Source: Nemertoderma westbladi (Eukaryota; Animalia; Xenacoelomorpha). From it: a stretch of DNA of 47,648 nucleotides. Below are positions 36,381 to 47,648 of this stretch, piece after piece. Positions within the stretch are counted from its first letter, which is position 1. The number at the start of each line of letters is the position of its first letter. The stretch is from positions 1 to 47,648 of the forward strand of contig JAUCBJ010007670.1 in NCBI GenBank assembly GCA_032718475.1. The letters run 5' to 3'. The notes beneath the pieces are model-generated. The model was not told the DNA's origin and made no database searches. It saw nothing but the letters and a program-made list of their open reading frames with translations. A program made the translations under genes and the position numbers.

Positions 36381-37835
36381 CCGTACTTAGGCACAACTTT
36401 AGCCCATGGGTACAACATTGACCCAACTAGAAAAATATATCATACAGTATATTGCTATAAATCTGTTGGATTTTATTTGCAAACCGTAGGAACACATCAG
36501 GTTGATGGTTTAATGTGTCCTTTAACTTTTTCTTATAATTTACATAGGTTGCAAATAGTTTTTGTTTACAGACTAGATCATTAAAATATGTTACTAAATT
36601 TAGTTATAAAATTACACTTTGGAGCTTGTGCTGTAGTGTGTCAAAGGTAATTAATACAATCCCGGTTGTTACTAAATCTACAAATATGATAAATTTGAAA
36701 ATGTTTGACACCATCTTTGTTTGACACCATCAATGTTTGCATCTGTCATTATATATAACATCTTCTCATAGGGTGGGCAATGTTGGAACCTAAATATTTT
36801 CGTAAATGGGACAACTTTGGCCCAATCATTTGGTATTTTACACCCAATAGTTAGTTAGAGTACTTCAAGTATTGAAGCTGTAAACCAGTCTACACTGCCG
36901 TAACTTTCTAATGTAGGCCTATGCCTATTGTCTAACATCTAACTGCATTTCTTTCTTAGTGTATTTGTTATTATTGTGTATATATGGTATTACAGCAGTA
37001 CAGTATTGCAATGGCCCCGAAAAAAGATTGCGATCGAACAAAAGATGGAGGCCAGGATCAAGACGCAAATTAGGAGCAAGGTCCTATAAGCAATATTCCG
37101 AGGATAAGTTAAACCAAGCTATCAATCTAATTAAAACTAACAGAGAGGATAAAGAGTTCTTCAAAAGCATCTACCTCCATAATGGTTTCTGGTGCTGCTG
37201 ATGGGACCATGCTACCTATCCATGTAGTATATAATGCTGTTCATTTATATGATACCTGGACTCATGGTGGGCCCCTTGGGACAAGATTCGGTAGGACAAA
37301 GAGTGGGTGGTATGATACAATATATTTTACTGACTGGTTCATTAAGGTGGCACTACCATATCTCAAGAAACTGAAAGGTTCCAAGGTTGTCATAGGCGAC
37401 AATCTTTCATCACACTTCAGTGGTGAAGTCCTCAAACTGTGTGATCGCAACGACATAAAGTTCATATGTTTACCAGCGAACTCGACACATTTGACCCAGC
37501 CCCTTGACCGTGCATTTTTCGGCCCAATGAAACGTATTTGGCGGAAACAACTTGACCTTTGGAAATCTTCAAATCCTCGAAGTAATGTCACAGTACCAAA
37601 AGAAAAATTCCCAACCTTGCTTAAGAATCTCTTTGATGCCTTAGAAACAAAGAGCGATAACATCCGTAGTGGGTTCCGGGCATGTGGAATATATCCTTTA
37701 GATCGTCACGCTGTTCTTAAGAACTTACCATCTGCTCCACTAGCACCTGCTGATGTAGGAGCTGCTATAGATAGTTCTGTCATTGTAAAAGCCTTTGCTG
37801 AATTGCCCCGTTATTTTTATTATTTTTCACATTAA
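36381..37835 (+). pseudogene. pogo/Fot1-like DDE_1 transposase relic, internally deleted and 3'-truncated
   Basis: TA|CCGTA..CAACTTTAGCCC left end; psq-like start (YKQYSEDKLNQAI) jumps near 37140 to SIMVSGAADG..SGW..GDNLSSH..LPANSTHLTQPLD..SGFRACGIYP. Confidence 0.85.
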
Positions 37836-39047
37836 AATACTCTGTAGTTGATTTAATAGGTGTAAGAGACCGTATTATTGCTGTATCGGTGTTTTTTAGA
37901 GGATCTAAGAGCTATTTCCTCCGTATGTGTACTGTGAAAGGCATAGTTGATGATTCTATGGCAATTCCGTGACGCAAAAGGTGATAGCTACTCTTGAACA
38001 GTAGTTACTATGACGACGGTTAACAGCTGATATTCATACGTGTCGATTTTCTTTGTTCTACGGCGTCTCTCAGTTCAGTCAGCCAATCAGAGCATTTTTA
38101 TGGCTCTTGTACAGAAATTTCCTAGAAATCACGCAATGCATTATGGGCAGTGTTTACATTCTGTCCTGAGCCAGGAGAGAGCGGCTTGGGAATATTTTGT
38201 GCTTTTCTGTTTTAGCCTAACACTAGTAGGCTTAATTATAAGGACATATATCCGTTATCAAACTCAAACCTGCAAACAAACCAACCAAAATACTGGTTAA
38301 CTGGCCCATACTCAATCAACGCAACATACCTAATCTAATATACCTGTGCATACTTTTATATTGTTATACTGCTATTTACTGTCGGTTCTTCATAATATGG
38401 TTGATGAATTATTATATTTGGAATAACGATAAATAACCCCGAAAACCCAATATTCTTGATATACCGAAGGTAAGAGAGAAAGGTTACATATAACGATTGT
38501 GACTTATGTTAAAGTGGTTTGAAGTGAATCTAATGTTATTTGATAGACCCTACATGAGTCGGTCTGTGTTCCTTTTATATGTGACTAAAATCAGTGAAGA
38601 TCGGCAGATTAGTGTGCAGCATTGTGCAGCGTTGTGTATGAGCGAGACTGATAACGAAGCATTTCCTAAAGAATGCGCCATATATGTGAATTGTAACTAT
38701 GCCATATCGTTGTGAGTAGTTTAAGTCATAACTCTGTTTTTATAGATAGAGCGCCACGTCCTAAAGGAACTGTTAATATTCCCCGAAGGTGAATAATATT
38801 GTCAGAGATTATATAATACTGTCAGTCGAATAATACATTAGGCTTACATAGCAATAAGATTAAGCCGTCGAACCCAATCTCCCGGGTATATCCAGCGGGT
38901 GAATGATCGCGCACAGATTGGTTTCGACTAGTGTAGTGAATCAAATACTTGTCAGAGGCTAAAAGTGATTTATTATCTAAAAGACATCCTAATTTGGCGG
39001 GTTAAACTGCCAAAGGTCTGAAAGCGCGAACAGGAGTTGTCCATGTT

Positions 39048-39132
39048 ACACGTTCGTGGGGACTTCGCGCAGCACGTAGTCGGCAAGCCTTGGCATACGG
39101 TTCATATAGAGCAAATGGGGCATGTCTAGTTT
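39048..39132 (-). mobile_element. HINE/DINE-1-like element copy 1, first part (split by the BEL insertion)
   Basis: Reverse complement of 44558-44642; continues at 47151. Confidence 0.85.
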
Positions 39133-39776
39133 TAAATGTGTTGACGCCTCGGTCTAAGTTTGTAAATGTTTTTGGGTTCGTAATATGATGACGGATATTA
39201 AGAAATATAAAATGAATGAGTTGATGATAATAAGACATAGTTTAATATTTTATAATAATAATTGACAATCGCACTCTCATTACACTCCTAATGTATATCA
39301 TAATGCTACATAATTGATAATAATATCCTATAAAAAAGCTACGATATTTTATACTACTATATTTTATTATAATATGTTTCATGTGCCTATCACAGAAAGT
39401 TATATCCAATAGGATTTCATACACTGGGTGAAAAGTAAGGAACAGAAAATGATTGAGGATTCACATCAAACTTATAACTCTCAATAACTACAGTAAGAAA
39501 CTGGCTAAATTAATCGTGCATAGAGATAATGATTCCTGTCCTAAGGTAGACTAAAAATGTTGTACAGTAAGCAGCATTACAAATGACAGGTCGTGATTGA
39601 CATATTATTCATGCTGAGTCTACATGTGCTTCATGTTTACATATCGAATAATAATAAATAAAAAACGCATCTGAAATAACATGTGCCAAGGGGCAATTCA
39701 TGCATGTCTTCTAATCTCGGGAAAATATGTCAAATAATTTTGGTGTTACATGGTCACAAACGTTCTACCGTTAACA
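39133..39776 (-). repeat. BEL 3' LTR
   Basis: Same sequence as 46502-47145 by eye; preceded on the minus strand by PPT GAGAGGGGTGGCTA (39777-39790). Confidence 0.95.
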
Positions 39777-39788
39777 TAGCCACCCCTC

Positions 39789-42700
39789 TCAACCAGAGCC
39801 ATTTTGGGCCCTTTCTAAAAGGCACAGCTTAACGGTAGGACGTATCAACGATTTGGAAGCAGCAGTACGGATTTCAACCGTGCGTACTCTGCCATCCTTT
39901 CCAGGTAGAGCTCGTACGACTCTGGCTAATGGCCAGTGTCCTCTCGGTAAGTGCCCGTCAACTACCAGAACGAGATCGCCGATAGCAAGATTACGACGTT
40001 CCCTATTCCAAATAGCTCTCACTGTTAATGTGGGTAGGTATTCCCTTTGGAAACGGTTCCAAAAGTGGTCGGTAAGCAATTGGCATTGGCGCCAACGCTT
40101 ACGTAGCAACATATCACCATCGTTGAATTCACCGGGTGATGCATTCTCATAACTTTGTCCAATAAGGAAGTGACTCGGCGACAATGCATTAAAGTCATCA
40201 ATACTATCGCTGACTGGAGAAATGGGTCGCGAGTTGAGAATGGCTTCAATTTCTGTCAACACGGTATAGAGTGTATCATCATGGACACACTGCTTCATGA
40301 TTGTGGCACGTAAAGATTGTTTCACTGTGCGCACCAAGCGTTCCCATGAACCACCAAAGTGTGGTGAAAGTGGTGGGATTCTTGTCCATGAGATATTGAG
40401 GTGCGCCAGGGTGCTACGTATCGCGCCGTGATCGATGGCATTGAGGGCTTCCCGCAGCTCTCTTTCGGCGGCAATAAAGTTGGTTCCGTTATCAGAATGA
40501 ATAACAGATGGATATCCCCTTCGAGATATGAAACGACGAAGTGCCATAATAAAGGCATCTGCATTTAGATTATAGGCAACTTCTAAATGAACCGCGCGAG
40601 TTGTCAAACAGGTAAATAAACATACCCAATTTTTTTCTCTGCATCTTCCTCTCTTAACTGCTATAGGTCCGAGATAATCTAGACCTGTCTCAAAAAAGGC
40701 CGGTTTCAGTACTGCCAATCGACAAGAGGGTAGGTCTGCCATATACGGAGGTGCAGCCCTTGCGTTGCTTCTACGGCACACTACACACTTGTCAATAACA
40801 GAACGAACTGCGGCTTTACCTCTGGTGATCCAGACGTTTTCCCTTAATGACGCCAATACATGATGTGGTCCTTGGTGGGCTAATTTGCTATGGGTTGACC
40901 AGATCATGATCTTCGAGAGAGCATCATTATGACTCAGTATTGCTGGGTGTTTAGTAGCAATTGGTAGATATGAATTGCCCAGTCGTCCACCCACTCTCAG
41001 AATACCCGCTTTGTCAATGAATGGGTTGAGTGGCACAAGTGGACTATCTCTTTGTAGAGGTCGGCCTGCGTTTAATGCACTAATTTCTGCAGACCATGTC
41101 TTCTCTTGCTGCAAGCGAATGGCTAACATTCCCGCCTGATCCAATTAGGTGGCTGATGGGTCAGCCACCCCTAGTGGCATCGTCGGATGTTCCTTGCGCT
41201 GCCGGAAGCGCCGAACCCATCCTAAACATCTGGCTATGCACCCACATAATCGATTCCAATTGGAGAATCGACTAAAGTCAATAAGTGTTGTTGTGTTACT
41301 TTCTACTATTGTAGCAGCAATAACTACAGATTTCTTAAGTTCACAGTCTTCGTTATGAACGGGCTCTGAACTGCTTTGTGAGGGCCAGCTTGCCTCAGGT
41401 TCCCACAGGAAATCTGGCCCTTGAAACCAGCGATCTGACATGGTTGCCGATGAAAGCGATAAACCTCGTGTCGGATCATCCGCTGGATTTAGTGAACTAG
41501 ATATGTGATGCCATTGAGATACGTCACTGTGGTCATGTATCTCTGCTACGCGGTTTGCTACGAATGGTGTGAATCTGCGAGATTCACTTCCAATGTACTG
41601 TAATGCCGTTTTAGAATCAGTCCAATAGAAACGCTGAGAAATTGGTAATTCGATCTCTGATTGGATTAAATTCGCGACTCGAACACCCATTACACAGGCT
41701 TGGAGTTCCTTGCGAGGAACTGATATAGTGCGCAAGGGGGCTAGACGAGATTTTCCCATAATGAGGCAGCATTTAACTTGCCCATTTTCATCAACAGCTC
41801 TGAGATATCCAGCAACTCCAAAAGCAACGTCAGAAGCATCACAAAATATATGAAGTTGGAGTGACGCAATGTATTGTTGAGAAGGAAAATAAACCCGAGG
41901 GAGTTTAATATTTTCTACGTAGGTAAGATCGTTTAACCACCTTAACCACACACTCAGTAGCTCTGTTGGTATGAGATCGTCCCATCCAACTCCTATCCGC
42001 CACAACTCTTGTATGACTAATTTAGCTGGTAATATGAACGGCGTTAATAATCCCAATGGATCAAAAATTGAGCTAGTTATCGAAAGTATTTTTCTTTTAG
42101 TGAAATGGGAACTGTCTTTACTCGATGCGACAGTTGTGAATGAAATAACATCTTCATTCGCATCCCACTGAACACCAAGAGCACGTTGCGTGGGGAGTCC
42201 ATCGCAATCTAAATTAACAATGGATCGTGTGAGTTCGGTAGAAGGTATCGAAGTAAGAACTTCACGTGAATTACTCACGAATTTAGTAAGGCGAAATCCC
42301 CTGTTGTTCAGCATAGCAATAAGTTGGCTTAACAATTTAATTGCTACGGTGGTCGAAGTCACAGACGTCAGTAAATCATCCGAATAAAAGTCTCGTATAA
42401 CCGTAGCTACAGTTAGTGCATCAAATGAAGAAGCTTGATCGGTAGCAGCACGTCGCAATCCCGTGATTGCACATGTTTGAGAGGAAACAGCGCCAAAGAT
42501 ATGGCGAGTCATCTCATAAACATTTGGCGGGTCGACTCTATTGTCTCCTCGCCATAGAAACCGCAAAGCGGGTCGGTCACTCTCTTGAACGCCCACTTGG
42601 TGATACATAGCCTCTATATCACCAATAATAGCAACTAAATGTTGACGAAATCTCAACAAAATTCCGATAAGGCTATTCAATAAGTCAGGTCCGGTCAATA

Positions 42701-44086
42701 ACTGATCATTTAACGATGTGCCACTGTACTTTGCAGCGGCATCGAAAACTACTCTAAGTTTTCCAGGCTTGTTTGGTTGGGTTACCCCATGGTGGGGTAA
42801 ATACCAAGTTACTTTAGATGGAATCAGTGACTCCTCTTTTGTTAGCTTACGGGCAAACCCTTTGGATTCGTATCCATCTATTATTTCAGTATAGCGTTTA
42901 GCTAAATCATGGTCTTTGTCTAATTTCTTCTCAAGGGATAAAAGTCTATGAGTAGCCATGGGGGTGTTGTCTGGAAGACGTGGTGCATCACGTTTCCAGG
43001 GCAACCCCATCTCATAACGACCATCAACGAACTTGATCGTTCGTTCAATGATTTGTAAGGCTCTTGTGTCTTCGACTGATCGAGAAGCACAAGAATCATG
43101 AGTAGTACCAAATGCATCAGTACGCCAAAACATCTCGAGACGTTTGTCAAGTCTATCTGTTTCAGAAACAGTGGTCGTATAAACAACCAATTCGTCATTT
43201 TTAGACGTGGTAGTTTGAGATCTTCCTAAAAGATACCAGCCCAGTGCCGAACAGTGCGCTTGGGGTTGTCCTGATGCACCCACACGTCTTTCAGCAGTAT
43301 TCAGAGCATCAGGTACATTGGCCCCAATAACTACTGCTACATCTGGTCATTCATTGCAGGATAAATCAAGGCCCTGCAAATAATCAAATTGACTATCATT
43401 GCTATCAAAGGCGAATGATCGGGATGGTGCATTCATTGAAGGAAGCACGTATGCTTCATCAACATAGAAAATTGTGTTATATGGATGATGCCCTGATATG
43501 GAAAAGTAAACACGCTTTCGTTTTTGGTCTCCACTTTTTCCAACCAGGCCGTTTAATTTTATACATTTAATTTCCCCATCTAGATTGAGTGCATCAGCGA
43601 TATCCTTACGTATGAAGGAGGTCTCACTGCATGCATCAAGAAGGGCATGAGTATTAAGAGTTTCACCGTTGGGAGAAATAATCTTAATAGGCACAGTAGG
43701 TAAAAACACAGATGTTTCGTTATTTGTTGTAGTATTACAACTTACGTGCTTGGAATCTTGCCTGTGTGATTTAAAATAGTCATGCAATAGCGTGTGGTGT
43801 CGCTGATTGCAATTAGACACATGACAAGAATGAATTGATGAACATTTAGATGCGTGATGATTCTGTTTGAGACAGTTGGTGCAAAGAGCATTGTCTAACG
43901 CTACTTTCCCCTTATTATCGGGTGTCATGCCAATAAATTTTGAACACCTATATATTAAATGGGATCCATTGCAAACCAAACATATATCTCTAATATGTTC
44001 TGATGTGGGGCGAGACACGTAGTCGGCGAGCCTTTGCATACGGTTCATATAGGGCAAATGGGGCATGTCCGTCTGTCTGTCCGTCT

Positions 44087-44119
<33 letters not shown>

Positions 44120-46412
44120 GTAAATGTTTGAACGCGAATTTCTCGGCATCGCTCGTTCGGAATTGAACCAAACTTAGTAGGTAAGTAGTAGAGAGAAAGT
44201 TTAGAAAGTTTGTAAAGTTTGGTGAAAAATCATGCAGTCTGACGTCAGCTACGACAGATTATGTGGTTTTTAGAAAATGTTAAATTTCTCGGGAAGGCCT
44301 CATTTTCCTGAGCTGAAATTTTGATGGCCTGTAGAGAATCATGAAGTCTATCTTTTACGAAATTGAAAAGTTAAGACATTTAATTGGGGATCCGCTAGAG
44401 ACTCAGAAGTAATGACATAGGCCTACCGGTACGGTACTGCTGTACAGTGGTGCACTGGTAAGTACGAAATTGCAGAATAACAATTTGACACCACCTAGCG
44501 GATTAACATATGATTGTATATCGAATGAATACATTTATAGCATGGGATATGGGGTCCAAACTAGACATGCCCCATTTGCTCTATATGAACCGTATGCCAA
44601 GGCTTGCCGACTACGTGCTGCGCGAAGTCCCCACGAACGTGTTTCATTGGGTAAGCCTTTTGATACCGTTGGTTTGAACTGAGATATGTAATTTTGCCGT
44701 GAATCTGGCTTTGTTGTTTTATTAGATTCAGTAATAACTGAAGAAGCGTAATTTGATATTAACGGCGCCGGCTGTCTGAATGGAACCGATTTTTGAACAA
44801 CATTGCCGGGGGTATTTAGATTCGGTTTAGATTTGGCATTAGATGCTGAACTCCAATCCTCTATTGGCATAACTGAAGGTTCAAAAGCAACCTTTACTCT
44901 TTGCCTCAGCCATTCTTCAAAATGTACCAAGGTCGGTTCTTCCCTTGGTCTGATACGCTGACAAGTTTCGCACCAACGTTCTCTTAAACGAAAAGGGAGT
45001 CTATTATATGCACCGCGTAATATATCCGGCGAATATAATACACTCTCTAAACGTCCCATACGTTTTAAGGTATGCACCCCTACGGTAACGGATATTGAAA
45101 ATGTTCTTAGAGCTGACTTATTGTCAGCAGGAACCATTGAGCCGGATGTTATTGAGGAGGTGAAGGCCCTCACGATTAGGCTAGGGTGTGCAAACTGCTC
45201 TTTGAGCATTTGCAGTGCAACCGCATATGCCTTCCCATCGGAACCTAAACCTTTTACCACCTCTCTAGCATCAGCACTCAAGTGGTTCAATAGTTGTGCC
45301 ATGCGCCGGTTATCATCATTATAAATTTTATTATGCACATGTGTGTAAAAATTACTTATAAAGTCCGGCCATTTTAAAGGATTTCCATCAAATTTAATAA
45401 TGGCAATGGGAGGTATTCCTCGATCCTCTTCCAATCGCAATAGCGACCTCTCTAATGAAGCATTAGGGGTGATTGTATGTAGAAATGTTTCTTCGTAAGG
45501 GATTAGTCTATCCACCCAGGCATCCACAGGCTCCTGGGGTGTATGAAATTGCTTGTTAACGAAACCAGGAAAATCGCTTATTTCATCTTTGTTCTCACTA
45601 GGAAACATAATCGGCGCGGGTTTGGGTATAAATACTGGCCGAGTAGGATCCAAAACAGGTTGATTGAATGTGGAAAGTTTAGGCCTATTAACGTTAGATG
45701 CACTCACCAAAAGCGGATTTGTGGATGTGTCCATATGGGGTGCATTATAATTCATAAGTGGTGATATTTCAGCACCCGCTGTATTTTTTCGCATTACGGT
45801 ATTGGCATGGCAATAACTAACCGATGTTGAAGTCGATGTGACAAGTTGATTTGGAAGAATTGAAGTCGGGTGTTGATTTAACTCGGGTTCTTGTATGGGT
45901 TCCTGTTGCAGGAGTACATTACCAGGTTCGGTTGATCCACGGGAAACCGGGTGGTCGGTAGAATGTACGGAGACTTCATCATCAAAGTCATGAAGTCTTG
46001 TTTCGAGATTTTCATCACCCTCTTCGACGTCTTCTATTAGTAGCTTTGCCTCCAGGGCTTTCATTGCGGCTTCCTGGTCGGCTTCCAGAGTCTCAGCATT
46101 GGCCTCTACCGTCGCCTTTTCAACTCGCAGTTGGGCTCTCGCTCGAGCCTGATCCGCTGCTAGCTGGGAAAGACGTGCACTTCGTGCAGCATGTCTTGCA
46201 CGTGACGTGATCGTGCATGACGAAGCCGAGTGGGTTTGATGACTCGTTTGTGTGATGTGGCTTCCTAGGGCAGAAATTCCACGAGTAATGGGAGAATCCA
46301 GGGGTAACGATGCAGGTACGAGTTTCGGAGTAGGATCCTGTCCCGTTGAGATCCGTCTTTGAGAGGTTCGTCGCAGGGCAACTCGCCGGCTGATACCGCC
46401 AGGTTCACTCAT
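39789..46412 (-). pseudogene. BEL gag-pol polyprotein, disrupted
   Basis: FDGNPLKW, ALLDACSETSFI, YLPHHGV..KLRVVFDAA, FYSDD, FCDAS, WTDS, GLDYLGP..SDNGTNF..WERLV; in-frame stops at 43347-43349 and 41145-41147; insertion at 44016-44642. Confidence 0.93.
44016..44642 (+). mobile_element. HINE/DINE-1-like (Helentron-type) non-autonomous element copy 2, inside BEL gag
   Basis: Asymmetric 54-bp inverted repeats (44016-44069, 44564-44617), (GTCY)n microsatellite after the left repeat, short terminal hairpin CACG-AA-CGTG, no TSD; removal restores the gag frame (..PNE|SRPT..). Family assignment is by architecture only. Confidence 0.75.
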
Positions 46413-46482
46413 CTTGAAAGGGTGTTTCAGTAATTATTTGGGAACAAATCCCACAGAGTCATCGTAGTTAGTGGGTTGATGT

Positions 46483-46500
46483 ATCCGGTTCGAAGGACCA
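46483..46500 (-). promoter_or_regulatory. Primer binding site, tRNA-Tyr-like
   Basis: TGGTCCTTCGAACCGGAT 1 nt after the 5' LTR; complementary to the usual eukaryotic tRNA-Tyr 3' end (..CGAAGGACCA). Confidence 0.85.
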
Positions 46501-46501
46501 A

Positions 46502-47145
46502 TAAATGTGTTGACGCCTCGGTCTAAGTTTGTAAATGTTTTTGGGTTCGTAATATGATGACGGATATTAAGAAATATAAAATGAATGAGTTGATGATAAT
46601 AAGACATAGTTTAATATTTTATAATAATAATTGACAATCGCACTCTCATTACACTCCTAATGTATATCATAATGCTACATAATTGATAATAATATCCTAT
46701 AAAAAAGCTACGATATTTTATACTACTATATTTTATTATAATATGTTTCATGTGCCTATCACAGAAAGTTATATCCAATAGGATTTCATACACTGGGTGA
46801 AAAGTAAGGAACAGAAAATGATTGAGGATTCACATCAAACTTATAACTCTCAATAACTACAGTAAGAAACTGGCTAAATTAATCGTGCATAGAGATAATG
46901 ATTCCTGTCCTAAGGTAGACTAAAAATGTTGTACAGTAAGCAGCATTACAAATGACAGGTCGTGATTGACATATTATTCATGCTGAGTCTACATGTGCTT
47001 CATGTTTACATATCGAATAATAATAAATAAAAAACGCATCTGAAATAACATGTGCCAAGGGGCAATTCATGCATGTCTTCTAATCTCGGGAAAATATGTC
47101 AAATAATTTTGGTGTTACATGGTCACAAACGTTCTACCGTTAACA
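46502..47145 (-). repeat. BEL 5' LTR
   Basis: 644 bp, TGTTAAC...CATTTA on the minus strand. Confidence 0.95.
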
Positions 47146-47150
47146 AGTTT

Positions 47151-47648
47151 GGACCCCATATCCCATGCTATAAATGTATTCATTCGATATACAATCATAT
47201 GTTAATCCGCTAGGTGGTGTCAAATTGTTATTCTGCAATTTCGTACTTACCAGTGCAGCACTGTGCAGCAGTACCGTACCGGTAGGCCTATGTCATTACT
47301 TCTGAGTCTCTAGCGGATCCCCAATTAAATGTCTTAACTTTTCAATTTCGTAAAAGATAGACTTCATGATTCTCTACCGGCCACCAAAATTTCAGCTCAG
47401 GAAAATGAGGCCTTCCCGAGAAATTTAACATTTTCTAAAAACCACATAATCTGTCGTAGCTGACGTCAGACTGCATGATTTTTCACCAAACTTTACAAAC
47501 TTTCTAAACTTTCTCTCTACTACTTACCTACTAAGTTTGGTTCAATTCCGAACCAGCGATGCCGAGAAATTCGCGTTCAAACATTTACCAGACAGACAGA
47601 CAGACAGACGGACATGCCCCATTTGCCCTATATGAACCGTATGCCAAG
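47151..47648 (-). mobile_element. HINE/DINE-1-like element copy 1, remainder (runs off window end)
   Basis: Near-identical reverse complement of ~44031-44557 (a handful of substitutions, shorter microsatellite). Confidence 0.85.

Larger units (their letters stand above)
39133..47145 (-). mobile_element. BEL/Pao LTR retrotransposon, full length
   Basis: 644-bp LTRs, 5-bp TSD AGTTT, PBS, PPT, gag (DUF1759-like, three Cys/His knuckles)-PR-RT-RNaseH-IN order. Confidence 0.96.

Noticed and set aside
43347-44682. Separate 274-aa ORF and novel gag C-terminus
   Set aside because: Both read into the inserted element at 44016-44642; they are pieces of one gag-pol.

Overview
AT-rich animal (probably invertebrate) genomic DNA. 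It holds one intact host gene, TM9SF2 (nonaspanin), on the minus strand: 6 coding exons, 33873->10455, 661 aa, all GT-AG, reconstructed by eye. The rest is dense, deeply nested mobile DNA: a full-length decayed CRE-clade (RLE) non-LTR element, three other LINEs, a BEL/Pao LTR element with apparently identical LTRs, a pogo-type transposase relic, and many MITEs (Mutator-, hAT-, Tc1/mariner-, piggyBac- and Helentron-like). The strongest unexplained signal is that two TM9SF2 introns open with tandem arrays copied from the exon/intron junction itself (~105 x 32 bp and ~23 x 31 bp), giving over 100 decoy 5' splice sites; a third array beside an acceptor carries a decoy 3' splice site. All would give premature stops. 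Also notable: reciprocal nesting of the BEL element and a HINE-like element, non-canonical TG...TA LTR ends, and a ~1.2 kb coding minisatellite inside the CRE reverse transcriptase. All coordinates and counts were read manually; family names are motif-based, not from database searches.
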